DNA of 58,920 nucleotides, filler included, from Sphacelaria rigidula (GCA_964200075.2; 6 parts of 6 records of this genome joined end to end with filler, not necessarily neighbours in it), one strand, 5' to 3'; shown: positions 36,164 to 50,931, counted from the first letter of the whole stretch. Program-made: numbers and translations. Notes: generated from the letters alone by a model not told the origin.

Positions 36164-39100
36164 CTGGTGGAAATAACGTGCAGATCAAGGGTCAAGCGTC
36201 GGGGGCAGCAGGGGAGCAGGTGGGGACGGAGAGGGGCTCTGTGTTGAACCAGGAGAGAGAAACTATCGTGTTTTTACCCTCGGTACCATGCGTACACAGT
36301 GACGATTAACGTGTAGGCGGAGAATGTAAGTAGAGAAGTTGTGAGAAGGTGCCGCCACATTCTGTGCGACAGACGAAGATGAACCAACGCCGCCCACCAC
36401 GTAGCACTGACCGGGTGACGCGAAACAAGCGGAGATTCTTCAGGTGAGCGAGCCTGTGTTTTGGGAAATGATGAGATATAGCTCGATTGGTTTGACGCAG
36501 GAGACACCTCAGAAGTCCCCCTGACCTCTGTTTCCCGATATTTTGCTCGACTCTTCTGTCCCATCGAACAGTACGGCCAAATTCATGAGCCGTGCTTCTG
36601 CGTTTCTTAATGCTCGACACAGGACGCATTTGAGATCTAGCCATTTTTCAACCTGTAAGTCGTTCGCCCCGTCTTGCAAAGGGACTTAGATGTCCCCCCA
36701 CGTCCACCTCATACGATGGGAATCATCACTAGTCCGTGAAGTGGCCTCATCCCTGCAGCGAGATATTCGGCTGTACTGGACCCATTGAAGGACCAGTCGT
36801 CACATTTTCAGTACGAGAAATTCCAGGACTTTACCTCGGGAGGTTATTTTTCCGCGGTACTTCGTTCGCATGAGAATATGAAGCCTTCCGTGCTTACGCT
36901 CAAAATTGTGAACTCCAGTACCGTGCCGTACCCCGAAATTGCAAAGTGAAAGTTCCATTTCATCGCTGGAACCGTTCCAAGAGTGTCTGGCACAGTTCCG
37001 TTCCGTTACGTACGGTACCGTACCATGCCTCAGATCACACGTACCACATCGCACCGTACCGTACCGTATTATGAGTCACGAATATCGTACCGTACCTCAC
37101 ACATTGCGTTACGTGCAAATGCGGCGACACACCCGTGGGAAGTGAGAAAAAAACAAGATATAGACTGCGTACTCCATTGTTTTACACCATTCTTACAACT
37201 GACTATGACAGGCCACACTACCCACAAAATATTGATGCCAAAACGACAGTATTCGTGCAGATAGCATTACCTTACGAAACTCTCTCCCACGAGCTAGCTT
37301 CTGGCAAAAACGGACCACAGGTCTTAGAGTTAAAACAACACGACGTAACATGCACGGCCGACAGGACGATGACGACAATCAATCGTTTTACTTGCGATAC
37401 TGCACGAACCGGGTGATCACGTTTGTGCGGTATTTTGCTATTCTCAACTAGGTAAATGTTATGGCTTATTCCTTGTGTCTCTCGGTTGCTTTTCAGGCAT
37501 ATCGTTGCTCGGACTCTTCCTCCCCATCCGAGGTGTCTCCTGGCGATGGTGGGTTCTTTTTTGGGGGGACAGTACCACCTGCACCTCGTCACGGCAGTGA
37601 GATGCCGCCCACCGGAGGAATACTGTTCATATTCCTCCTGTGCGGTTGCCCGAGAATATCCTTTTCTTCGGCCGAGAGGCGGGACAAAGGCGCTGGTGCG
37701 ATGATTGAAAGGACTGCACTCTACTTGCATGTTTGAGGAGCCAATTTTTGTTGTTAACTTCGGGTAAGAGTTCCTCCAATTCCGTTCTTTGTTTTTCACC
37801 CCGACACGAGCTCGAAGTTGTGGCCAGATTTCAGAAGTTCGTCGGGAGATTCAGTATAGTGCCCCTAGTAATGACCGACCAAAATGTCTTCGTGGCACCG
37901 TGGTTGGTCAAATGCACTCGAGAGCGGCCAAACGCTGAGCGCCCGCAAACCTTCAAACAGGGTGTGTATGTATCCCAGTGTTGCTTTACAAAAGCCCAAG
38001 AAGCCATGGCGTTGAGATACTGCACACCTGCGAGCCACCGAGCACAACGCCTGGGCTACGAAAGCATTCACCAGACAGGGGAAAGTCGATCGCCGCTATG
38101 GCGCCCTCCGCGCAAAGAAGTGTGCGCACCTTCGAATGGTGTTCCGCATCACCAACATGCTACTGCTTCCGGCGGCGGAGCTCAAATCCGGTGGGGAGGG
38201 ACCGTGCGGTATGGGCATGAATCGAGATCGTACAGTAGCCCCGCTGTCCGGGCGAGGCAGCACACCCCGAGTAAAACACCGAGAGATGTCTGAAGTCTCG
38301 AATACATCTCGATTTCGTAGACACAAACGTTCATGAACGTGTGGGCGTTGTATTGTCTCTTTACAACACTACGTTGATCTACTGTGTGCAAGACGCTGCA
38401 TGTACCGGAATGTACTGTACTGCACTGTACTGGCTATACCGCATGCGAATTCGCAAGCGTCGATGGAGTACCCGCCATTTGCTTACGGGTATTCAAGCCA
38501 CCGAACAGAATACATAGAGGAGTTCTGCGAAATAATATGCAAGCAGGTACGTTTTTCACCTGTTTCTTCAGGTGATGTCGTATCCTGCCGAGGCGAAACA
38601 AGGTAAGTTCCGATGTCACGTTCGCCTGTGATTGGCAGCGGCGATACCACTCAATAGAAAAAAGAAGGTTCGAACATGACTTCTTCTGGTGTCGGTAACG
38701 TGGTCTCTGAAATTGAGACGATTTAAGTTGTTCGAGAAATCGATTTCGTCGTATGTCGGCATTTGCTCCATAGGTTCCTATTCCTTACGAAAATATGTAA
38801 AAGTGCGCCAGGATTACTACTCCAATGTGCTGGGGATATCACGAATGAATTTGTAAACGGGGATGCCCTGACCAATATTCGTGTGCATCTAGAATCGTGA
38901 GGAGCCCCTGAAGTAGGCAATATTCCGCGAAAAAAGTTGCCGCTACCGTGGCATTGCTTACATCATCCTCCTGGGTTTGGCTCTCGAAACCGATCTGGAT
39001 GCCCCTCACCAAGCCCCGCCCTAACTTCCGTGCAGATGCCCGCATCCACTCGTCAAAATATATGTGAACAGTCATGTTCTCTCTGGCACAAACGACTGTT

Positions 39101-40491
39101 TGAAACTAGAAGAAAATGTGGTATGGGCGGTCCGAGGCGATCTGGGGGGGGGGTGGGGAGTTGTACTCATGATCATGCATGCCATAGTCACAAGACCATT
39201 GGCCTCGCATCCCTACAAAGCTGGGATGGAGCACGCCGGGTTTTCGCCNNNNNNNNNNNNNNNNNNNNNNNNNNNNNNNNNNNNNNNNNNNNTTAATTAA
39301 TTAANNNNNNNNNNNNNNNNNNNNNNNNNNNNNNNNNNNNNNNNNNNNCCATTTATTGTGGGAAAAACCTCAGTTGTAAATCCTCAGTTTTCCATCAACG
39401 GTTCCAAAAGGGTTAATCAAGTTTGGCCACGAAACTTTGTAGGGTTCTTCCTTGGGCTTTGCGGCGACAGAGAGTTTGCGAAAAAAATGAAACAAAAATA
39501 CCGTAGCACCGATTTTCCGGGGTCCCAGAATGGACGACTTCGAAAATACGACTTGGATCCCGTCGGACCCCCCAAAAACGGTAAACAAATTCAAGAATTA
39601 GAAAAATCTCGTTGATCGAAACTTGCATAATGATTCATACCACATTTGTGCAAAGTTTCAGTGTCTAACTCCTAATAAATGCGTCAAGATTTGCGCGTTT
39701 GTGCGAGGATGTGAGCTTAAAACGTGCAAACTCCTACCTACTTGGTTTAAGTATGAAAATATATTTCAAGGTTAATTCCATGTCACGGCAGGAAACATTG
39801 TATGAGATTTTCGAGTTTCTCCACCAAACTTCGAACATGTGTTTCTTGAACCATCCCGGGACGCATCATGTTATTCTTTTTTCTTTTGGGTCATTCTGTA
39901 CCGCCTTCCGGGGGTCTTTATACCGCGACCCTCGGAAGCCGGTAGAGAATGGAGAAATTTTGAACCCTGTCCAAGAACAAAATTTTTCCATTTGGAGCAT
40001 CAATACCTACGGAACTGCCAAGTTTGAGGATGATCTGAGCTTTTCTACAACAGATGTAAGGGAAATCGTCACGAGGCTCCCTGAGTCTTTCCTGCGTATC
40101 ATGAGTTGAACTTCGACGACGCCAAACTCCGCATCACCGAAACATCACGGTTTCGGGTATAATTCGACCCTGTTGGAACCGTTTTCAAATCCGTTTCTCC
40201 CTTTAGATTCTTGAGGTGATGCCGGTCATTACTATTTGAAGCATGTGGAGATTCGGTGAGAATTGGGCTTGGAATTCGTATTTTCAATTTCGGAACAGTT
40301 TGAAAGGCGCTGATTGGTCGAGACACAGTTTTGTCCATAGCGTCACCGCTATAGCCTCAAACAAAAATCCGGCTGTCACCGTCTTCGTCTGTTCATTGCG
40401 GTTAGCATGATACCGTGCATGCGATTATCGGGTGCGTATTGCACAAGGCATTTGCTGACGACACAATTTGTTTTTGTTTTCCATGAACCAG

Positions 40492-41552
40492 CCTGTACAT
40501 GGATGCATGACGTGGGCCCCGCGCCGCGAATACTACGACTTGCTTAGAAAGGTGCACTACCGGCTCCTCCTGCGAGTCATCGGGTACCGCCGAGTGCGCG
40601 GCATATACCGGCAGCTGTCTTATGCACAGGCCCTCAAGAAGCCCGGATGCCAAAGTGCCGAAGCCATTGTTCGGCAACAACGACTGCTGTTCGCGGGAGC
40701 CCTGGCTAGACAACTGGACGGACGATTACCGAAGCGAGTAGCACTCGGAACACTAGTCGGGGGGGAGGATCCAGGACCAGGATGTCCGGGACAAAACTGA
40801 CTGAAGGGCCTGAGAGACGATCTTCACGCTTTCGGAGCCAAAGACGGCTCTACGGACGACAACCGCCGGACATTCGGAATTGACCGCGCCCCATGGACCT
40901 CAGCAGCAAATAAGGAAGGAGGTTGCCGTGGCACGCGGGAGTGCTGCAAGGAGCGGAAAGGTTTATGACCTCATGGAACAGAAATGAAGAGGAGTCCAGC
41001 CGACTACGTGCGATTAGACGGGAGACCAACGAAGCCCAAATAGCACAGCAATGCGGTCCAGAGAAGGGGGGGGTGGGGGGTGAACCCCCCCGATGAGGGG
41101 TGTCTTTATGCCATGCAGTGCTTGTCTTGGTACACCTGGTATGCTTGTACGCATGGCTGTCCCTCGAGAGGCCGAAAGATGGAACCTTGCGATTCTTAGT
41201 TCTTTGGTTGGCGGTATTTGGGGCCCTGAGTCTCGCCCGTAGTCGGATCCTGTGTTCGTTTCTGCTTGTCGTCTCGCGTCGATTTGGAAAGCCGGGTGCC
41301 ATCCCCTGAAGTCCGAATGGCCACCTGCGGCACCGGATCTTCTGAGGTTAGCCATATGCACTATCTCTCTTCTTTTTTATTTATCCTTGTTTTGCTTGTA
41401 TCACGTTTTGTGAGTTTCAATCTGGGTCTATTTTCTTTTTTGTTCTCTTGCTAGCCTGTGACCACGGAAGGCGTCCGCATCAGATGCCCAGTACAAATGT
41501 ACCGCGCAGATATCGGAACGGTTTTTAATGTGAAGACAATAACAACAACAAC
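40492..41552 (+). mobile_element. 5'-truncated RTE-clade LINE (post-RT region, 3' UTR, (AAC)n tail)
   Basis: GCMTW..YDLLRKVHYRLLLRVIGY..LSYAQAL..EAIVRQQRLLFAGALARQLDGRLPKRV..G.L.GG..PG.P matches the RTE C-terminus. In-frame stop at 40798. Ends in ACAATAACAACAACAAC. Confidence 0.85.
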
Positions 41553-42403
41553 TTATCCGGACCGATCCGCAGATTAAAAAAAAGTGGACTCGGATATCCG
41601 AACATCCGGATGCCCAATTTGCAGGCGGATTTCGAGGAAAACGAACGATGGATACTCCTCAACTCTCCCCACATGCGCATATGCTTGAAAGGGGTAGTGG
41701 AGCCTTGGATCACGTATCACCAGTCAGATGCACAAAACAAATGAAGATTGAAGAGGAAAAGGTTGTCGTCGTTATCCACGCGTTGTGGAAGCGATGTGTA
41801 AGATTAAACGCCTTTTCCATTGCAAACGGGAAAGCCAAGTCCGACCACGACATCCAACTTTTAAGTTTCGCAAGGTCACTAAAAATTAAAAACCACAGCA
41901 CGCGTGTGATGTGCTTCGTAACCAGTTGCATCGACTGCTCCATCTTTTCCCGCGAGGATAAAATTTACGATCTCACGACCGTCGACTGGTGCCAACGACT
42001 CTGTCGGATCCTTTTCAATTGCGTGCTGATCAAGTAAACTTCTCGGCCGCCTTCCAAGAATCCTTTAGAAGCATCGGCGTCTCAAGCCGTTCCGGTTTCA
42101 GTCTGTTTCCTCGTTGCGCCATCATAAGCCCACTCTGCGAGAACACTCGCTCTGAGGGACCTAACGATGCCGGAACAGCCAGGGCGTTCCGAGCGACATG
42201 CCCAATAAGTAGGTACTTATGCGCTTTCAGCGCCCACCACTTGAGCGGGTTCTCATGTATGGCTAGAGCATATTCTATCGAAATGTCCAAAATACCAAGG
42301 AAATTGAACAATAAATCCGCGGATTTTTTTCAAACAGAGTGAATATGGGATTGGAGTTAAACGGAGCGGAAATCCGGAGTGGTCGGAGCGGAGCATATCT
42401 CTA
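41553..42403 (-). mobile_element. Internally deleted hAT element retaining the C-terminal dimerisation domain (42030-42311)
   Basis: NPLKWW..AHKY.LIGHVARNALAVPASLGPSERVFSQSG.MM..R.NRLKPERLE matches the hAT dimerisation domain. TAGAGAT terminus on the minus strand at 42403. ATCCG/CGGA subterminal repeats at 41555-41620 and 42361-42395. Confidence 0.85.
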
Positions 42404-42420
42404 GGGTTGAGGCGAGTCTT

Positions 42421-42465
42421 ATGATGATGATGATGATGATGATGGTGATTCTTCTTCTTCTTCTT

Positions 42466-42495
<30 letters not shown>
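42421..42495. repeat. Compound (ATG)n(CTT)n microsatellite
   Basis: Read directly from the sequence. Confidence 0.95.
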
Positions 42496-42496
<1 letters not shown>

Positions 42497-42808
42497 TTGT
42501 TATTATCATCATTTTTTTCCGCACATTAGTCCGATCTCTCGAACCCGCAGTCACAGTCGTGGGCTCGTCTTTCCAATACCGTCCCTGCTATTCCTCACAA
42601 GATGTAGAGTCCCCCATCATTTTTTCAGATACCCCAGCCTAATAACATGACCAAACGCAGTTACCTCAACTATTATCAAAATGAAAGTAAGAAGAGAGAT
42701 GCCAAGAAAAACATGAGAAATAGCTTCCCCAAGTTCAACGGGGTGAAAAAAAAACCCGTCAGATCTGCTAAGGAAAGCACACCGACAGAAAAGGGAAAGA
42801 AAAGAAAA

Positions 42809-42836
42809 TTATTATTATTATCACTATTATTATTTA

Positions 42837-42910
<74 letters not shown>
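42809..42910. repeat. (TTA)n microsatellite
   Basis: Read directly from the sequence; explains the poly-Tyr ORF. Confidence 0.95.
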
Positions 42911-45900
42911 GTTCGTCACATTAGCTGCATATCTCGACCCGTGGTCACAGAGTGCAAGGAGCATGCACCTCATTCTCTTCAAAGTGCCGATCGTACGTCG
43001 TCGTCGTCTGTTATGAAATATGTGATAACCGTTCTCACGAGCGATGATTCTCGCTTCGTGCTGTGTTTTGCTTGAACGGGAAGGAGGTCAAGTGTGCAGC
43101 GTCCAGCTCGTCAACCTACGATATTCATCTACGGCCGTACAGAGGCGTTTCGAAAGTGCAAAGAAGAAAAACAAGTACTGGATAGAGACACTCATGAGCC
43201 ACCGTGTTCGTGTTGCGCACCCCCGTTACTATCGGTGATATGCAAAAAAAAAAGAAGCAAGGACGCAGATTTACAAATAAGAAACGTGGCTGCGGGTTAC
43301 TTCTACCGAGATACTTTGCATTTATGCAGCCCCGGTGGTCAAATGTTACAGCTAACACCATTATAGCGGGGAGAATGAATGGGTTCGATTACCGCTAGAT
43401 TCGTCTAGTTTGGCTTCTTTTTTTTCGGTAGCATCTCATTTCTGTCGTTGAACACGTGAGGACGTGAGTAACTGAGTCCGTTTGGATGAGTTTGTTCGAC
43501 GACAGTCGACGCGGTCTGGGAGTAGTGCTGGTCAAGTTCACAATACCACAATGTCAGGCGTGTACCGAGGCAGAGATGGGTTGATCCCTTGATACCACGA
43601 ACTTGTCCCGAGGAAGTAGAAGATTCACAAGTGAGGAGAAAAAAAAAAAAGTATGGCAAGGCCAGGAAACGCTCGAACAAAAGTTCTACCCAGTACCGGC
43701 AGGGGGGCAGGACACCTCAGCGGCCTGTGGTGACTGTCCCACCGAAATATGACCCCGTCAGTCGTCGGCGCGCCATCGTCAAGGTTTCAAATATTCTTCC
43801 CTGCGAAGGAACAGCGACGGCTACTCCCCCAATAATAAGGGCGCGTCAGAGCAGAGCGCAAGTACACAGTACAGAACGATGCAACACTGAACGCTCGGAA
43901 TAACCACAAGGCAGCGGTGTGATACCGCGTGACTCAGCCATCAGCGGCGAGCATATTTCGGCCTCAACGTGAGATATCTCTTGTTGTACGTGAAGATCCA
44001 CATGGTTGCACGTACTGCGCGTCTATCCGGACTGTGCTGCTGTGAAGGAAAACCGATGCAATGCACTGCTGCCTGCCGTGTAGTGTGGCTATCTTAGTGC
44101 CGCAGTTGCTTATTATGGGTGCAAACAGAACGAGTCATTACAAACTTGGCTCATTGGCTTCCCTCCAGGTGTGTGTGTGTGCGTGTGTGTATTGCGTCGT
44201 TCCATGGATGCAGGGCAATAAGTTGGTGTAGGTTGACACGTCAGCTGGGAAAGGTGAGCATTCGCTTTCAAGGCCCCGTCATATCCGTTGTTGAATTCCC
44301 GAGGGTGTTGTTGCGCGTCGTGGTCCCCCCCACCTCGAACGACGTAGAATGCTACCCAGGACTCAGGGGTGGTGAGGAGATCCCCGCGCTTCTCCTTGAG
44401 GTGTCATTGAAGTGCCACTCAGTCAGGCGTAGGCGCGCCAGCGTGGAAGGTCGGCATTTCCCACGAGGGAAACAAGTTCCGCCCCGTGGGCAGACAAAAC
44501 ATGATCTTCTTGCTTCTTTTTTCGAGGAATATAGTGTGTGGTACACCACAGATGGAACGATCGTGTGTTCATGTGTCGTTCTAAAGCGGGGCGATTCATC
44601 TTTGAGTACAACTATCGTGATACCCACAAAAAAAGAGGGGAGTTTTAACATGGACTCGTCATGATCAAGGTTTTGCTCAGCATTGCACTTCTTTCTCGAA
44701 TTGCCTGATGCTGGTCATCTGAGAGAAGGCCAGAATTTCCCTTCTTTTTTTTTGTTAACAAATTTGCTGTCGAGCATGGGATAGGCACTCCCAGAGCCGT
44801 CGTCTTTCATCGAGTCTTGTCCGTTTCTCACGTCCTCACGCTTGTAACGACAGAAACAAGCGTCTTGACAGAAGAAATGCTGTCGATTGTGAAAATTATC
44901 TGTTGGGATCGGAAAATGTAGAGTATGACCAATATGGCCGTTGCTGTACCCGCTTGACCGTCGGGGCGCGGCGTCTGTGCATGCATCTGATGCAATGATC
45001 AACAGCAAAAGTGTACGATTAAGTCAGCCAAAGAAAACGCCTCCAAGTGAAAAAAATTGCAGATTTTTCGTGTACATTTCTGTGCATATGCTCGAACATC
45101 TCTCTGTTTGTGCGAGTGGACACGTTGTATGTTCGAGCAATATGGTCCCATTCGGCAGTACCCAGGCGTCTTGAGGGGATATCTCAGTCAAGCGGTGAAC
45201 CCCAGAGCGCATAATCGTGCAGTCTTCGGAGATGAGGATCTGACCGTCTCGGAATTTGGGAAATGACCTATAAGCGCAGGCCTAGATTCACTATTTGTTT
45301 TCGAGGCGTAGATAAGCTGGTGCATATGATGCCATATCCCCCCCCCCCCAATATTCATCATGGACGATACCTTACCTGTCTGTGCCGCCCCATCTTCGAT
45401 ACGCCCCCCCTACCTACCCCAGACTGCAGCGTTGACCTACCACGAGCTGCCATGGCAGCATTGGCGGGCGTCGTCTCACTTGTGGTGCTTTGCGCATGCA
45501 CGCGCCGTCCCGGCAGCACCGTTCTCGCCATCCCTATTTTCATCGGCCTGTAGCAGTGAAACTGTCTCCGGCAAACCCGTTTCGTCGCTGTCATGGAAGT
45601 CGTCATCAATGGGCAGAGCAGCGCTTCGTATCGCCGGAGGTGGGACTACAACAGCTACCACTTGCAGCAGTAGGTGCAGCTCTGCTGAGCAGAGTGAATG
45701 GGGGCGGGGTGGGGAGCGGGGCGTTTTCTTGCATTCACGTCGAGCAATTGTTTCCATGAACGAACATGGTAATAGCGCGCGCGATGATGGTGTCATGAAC
45801 CTGCGCCACCGGCGGATGAATTGGAATCTCCCCGGTGTGCGGGGAGATTTGAATCCTCCCGCACGTGCTTTGGATACGGGCTTGTCCCCCGGTGATGTGA

Positions 45901-48900
45901 ATGGCCGGGAACATTGCCAATTCACGGATGCTTGTGATATAAGTGATGCCGGTCACGAGATGAGGGCGCCTTTTGCGGTGAAGGCTGCGGTGGCGGTGCG
46001 CGGAGGAGGAAGTGAAGACGATGTCCGTGTCCGCGGTGGTGCTAGTACCGGGGCTGCGGCAACGGAAGTTGTAGCCGAAGTGATTGCGCACAACCAGATA
46101 ATGTTGGACAAGTGAGTGGCTTTGTGTTGGCTAAGAGGGACCGGTATCATAACAATTTTTTACATCCGAAGACAATATTGTTTTTATTTGGTTTGTTTCA
46201 GTGCCATTCAGTTCGGTTGACTGCTGAAGAAGCGGTCGCTTTGGAGGCAGGCTGTCGTGTTTCTGGTCCTTTTGTGTTGATACTCTGCACCTGAGTCGTG
46301 TTACTCCGTTTTGCTTATATTTTTTCGGGGAGGGGGAATTCTTGTCGTCCTTTTGTCTTGCGAACGGCATGTGTGTCCGTCGCCTAATCTACTACGGAAG
46401 TGGTTTGGTACAAAAAGAAACATTTAGTCGAGCGTGGAATCGAGGGCGTGGTGTAAATGTAGCACTGAACCAGTGACGGCCGACTCTCAACTGACGGTGG
46501 CAAGCCACATATAATATCCGGCATAGGAAGCTGACGAAACGACGCGGACAAAACATGTATGGGGAATATTCATCTGCAAGCGTTCACAACGAACATGTGC
46601 GATATTCCCGTAAAAATTGACAGTGGATGGGTGTCGCAGTGAATGCCGAAACCCATGACACGCGTTTCCTGGAATTAGACCTTGCAAGCCATGACGAAAA
46701 CATGTGATGTTGCGAGGGGCGCCGTAACGTTTTCCCCTGGAGCCATGCCCCCCAACAAGCGGACGGACGGTTTCGTTTGGGAAAACATACGGATTTCTCA
46801 TTGCTCTCCCTATTGTGAACACTTACTTCGACAGCAATTCTAGAGACCAATCACTTGCTCAATACTCACCCGGGAGGTGAGAAACGGTGTCTTGGCGTTC
46901 CTGCTTCGCCAGTGATGCTTTCAATTCGCGCTTCAATGAAGTATCTCCAAGAGTATAATTTTTTGTTGTTGTGAATTATTCATCAGTAGACTTGTAACGA
47001 AGTGGAAAATGGAGAATAACACAGTAACATTCGTAGCACCTCTCTTCGCCCTCCCATACATCCCGATTGTGGTGGAGAAGAAAACGGATTTCGGGCTATG
47101 GCTTGTGGGAAACCCATCTTCGCGTACGCTTGGGTGTTGATGTACAGTTTTCCCCCTCCACATGCGCTGCAGTGGATCGGGCAGTGGCTGCTGCCTCACG
47201 CGCCGCGTAGCTGCTTCCGGCCATTTAATAATATAGACAGGACCGTGTAGTTGATGATGATGGCACAATACAATCGATGCAGAATGTGTGGAGGCAAATT
47301 GCCCATTTTCGAGCTTCGAGCAACTTCACACAATTCTGAACTGGTGTGGATGAATTTACCCCTAATATTGACACGATGCATGAATGTGATGCCCGCCACC
47401 CCCCCTCCCCAACGCAAACCCCTCCCCGAAACAGAGTCGAGGATGTGATCGGGCTTGTTGGGAAAAAGATCAAATTGGTGCTCATTCCGCTGTTTCATCT
47501 CATCCGCTTGAGCTTTGGCTTGTGCTTGACCTTCTACGGCATGGCCTTCCGAACCTTCGCGTTTCATGTCATTATCTTTCGCATCGCTGGATGGCGCCAG
47601 GTGCTGTAACCGGGGCGTACTCATTCGTTGCTTGCCTTAGTCGTGTAACCATTGACCACGCATCCCTTTCGAGACAGAGCACTGTAACCTGGGGGGGGGG
47701 GGGGGGGGGGGGTGTCATTCCTGTCGTTTCTGTGGTGGTACTCCTGTGTGACACTTTTGTTTTGTTCACGTTGACTTTGACTGCACGAAATGTGTCATAT
47801 GTACGAACCATGGGGCTCATTATCGCACAAGGCTATTTTGTGGTGACATCAAACCCCACTCGCACGCAGCGATCGTTTGAACGCCAACTCTGTCCACTTC
47901 TGTCGCATCGCACCCGTCATCCTGCAGGGGACGCGCGTTATATTTCCTCGCTTGTGAACTTTAAAGACCTCACTGACGTTTTTTTTTTTTCCTGCACTGT
48001 ACTGAGTAGCGTTAGCTTCAGTGCAATGACGGGGAACCTACGAACGCTTCGAAAAAAAACCCCACCATATCACCGAGTGAAAAACACGCCATGCGATCTA
48101 CCTTTGAAAGGTGCGCACAGGGTACGGTACATTTCGGTACGGGTACAAGCCAGTCTCTCCGTCTGTCAGAAGTAATTACATTGAACCGTTTTTTGGCTCC
48201 ATACCGCCGGGCCCCCGCTGTTGAAATGGTACAACTGACACCATTAGATGTGAAAGAAACACGGGGTAGATTCCTGCCAAATTTGTCTGGTTTTAATTGT
48301 TCGTTCAAGTGTCCTATTTCCGTCCTTGGAAAGGTGAGGACACGTGACTAGGAAAAATATTTTTGGCTTAGGTTCTTAGACGACAGTCGTCGCGGTGCGG
48401 GAGTAGTGCTGATCCAAACGGCGATATCAACATGTGGGGCGTGTACCGGGGGAGAGGTGGGTCGGCTCCTTGATACCACGGACCTTTCCCAAGGCGGCGG
48501 GGGGGGTAATCAGGATCTTGCCTAAGGGGGACGTACTTGCATGAGGGCGGGGCAGGGGGGGCGTACGCATTTGTTGCTTGCCTCAGTGGGTTTGACCATT
48601 GACCACGCGTCCCAATCGAGATAGAGCACAGATCCTACTTCTTATAAAGACACGTCGAACATTTGGGCGCTCACTTACCTTTCTCCCATACATTACAGAA
48701 ATACTTTTTACATATGTTGTCCCCTTTCTGTTCGCCGTCTGTGGCCACCATCTATATCCTAGTGAAGCAATCGTGTTCTTGCTACTTTACTGTCTATTTT
48801 TTAAAATGATTTCATGCCACCTTCGTTCACTTCCCACACCCACATTTCCCCCCTTTAACACGTCCCGTCCCTCCTTGTATAGTTCACATTTTGCCTCTTC

Positions 48901-49471
48901 GTGAGTTTTGCCACTTTGTGAGTTCTACTCTCTATTGCTTCGCCACAGGGGCAATTCTGTGCATCTACTTCCTCCTCCACCTGACTGCTGGTACAATGTA
49001 CTTGTTCCTTTTTACGGGGGGGGGGCGTACTCATTTGTTGCTTGCCTTAGTCGTTTGACCATTGACCACGCCTCCCTTTCGAGANNNNNNNNNNNNNNNN
49101 NNNNNNNNNNNNNNNNNNNNNNNNNNNNTTAATTAATTAANNNNNNNNNNNNNNNNNNNNNNNNNNNNNNNNNNNNNNNNNNNNGTCATCCAAAGCCAAG
49201 ATGATCAGTAGGCTTCGGGCCGAACAATCTTGGCAGGATGCAGCTCACCCTTCATGCGACTCGACTCGCCGAATTGCGCCGTGGTAGATTGAGTGCAAGC
49301 CTGGTCCGGCGGAAACCCGGCGTGCTCCGTCCCAGTTTGTAGGGATGCGAGGTCGATGGTCTTATGACAGTGGCATGCATGATCATGAGTACACCCCCCC
49401 CTCCCCCTCCTCGCCCCAATCGTGCTCCGCCCTGATTATATACTCATATTTTATATTCACATACCCGATAG

Positions 49472-49657
<186 letters not shown>

Positions 49658-50931
49658 TGAGTGCTGTTAATTTGCTGCTGCTACTTCGGTGCCGTTGTTT
49701 TTTCCACAGTCGGGTCTCGCCGTCTCTTACCATTTTTTTCAGAAACTGGAACGGAGAACACTCGAACCTCATGTTTCATGTACGTCTTCATTGTCGAGCG
49801 TATTCTTGGAGTCGGGACGTATGTCAAGCCGCCGAATTTTCTGTGATGGAAGAATGGAGGTGTTTTTCCGGTGGCTACCCTGCTCATATTTTCCTCGATA
49901 TTTGAGGGCGCCAAACACCGCTCTCGATTTCGAGAAGAACCCCGTCTATCTGTGGTACCGCTGTGTTCATTCATTCAAGGGTCCAATTTCCTCTGTTGGT
50001 GTACACAACTTGTTCCTCGGTACAGTAGGTGTCGCCCTGGTCCTGCAGGAGGTAACGGTCAGATGATGTGCACGCCTGCTACAAGGCTTTTCTTTTACCG
50101 ACGACCTTGTTTTCAACATGGGATTCAATTCAAGCATGTAACAATTGGCCAGCTGACAGCGTGTGCCTCCAGATGTTGGGATAGACCTGCGGTCGGGATA
50201 CTACCTTTGCTTCTCCACAGGGCCACCTTTTATTTGTTTCCTTTATGTTGCGAGGGTGTGTTGGGCATGGTAGTTCCTCTCACTACATTCGGGTGTATTA
50301 TTTCAAAATATCGTACTCCTGAAGACCCAATAGTCGGGTAGAGTTTGGAGATCGGACAATCGTAACACAAAAATTGGGAGAGTAAGTATCTGCGTACTTA
50401 CCCTACCTAACACGCGCTTGAAACGTTGCGACCTGTCACCGGGGGATATTGTGCAGGCCCGCCCGGCTCCGGTATCCTGGCCGGGTCTGCTCCCTGATCC
50501 GTACTGTATTTGTCGCGGGACGCACATGATTCTTCACGCGCCAGTGTACTGTAGTGCGTGTTCCCATGTCAATGTTACCTTTGGGTGCCTGGGATGAAGT
50601 GCCACGACGAAGTCACGATTACCGTTGCAATGGTGAAGAAATTAACACCTTCGTGTGCAGTCGTCCTGTTTCTTCCAGCACCCGTCTTCACGTATTTTTC
50701 ATGTTTCTTCGCATCTGTTCGTTGTCGTTTTACAAAAGCGAAACTATTTTTTTCTAATATTTGTTTTCATTTTTTTTATTGTCGTGTTCGTAGTTCCTTT
50801 TCTTCTTTCGTCTTGTTTCTAGACTGTACCCTTTTTTCTTTGTGAACCATCACCATACTTTTTCCACTTCTTTCTTTCCCTGTATATCTTTTTCTCTCCC
50901 CCGTCTCCCTTCATCCTGCTTTTCTTTCAAG

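Noticed and set aside
42357-43075. Poly-Arg/Leu/Met/Tyr ORFs
   Set aside because: Translations of trinucleotide microsatellites.
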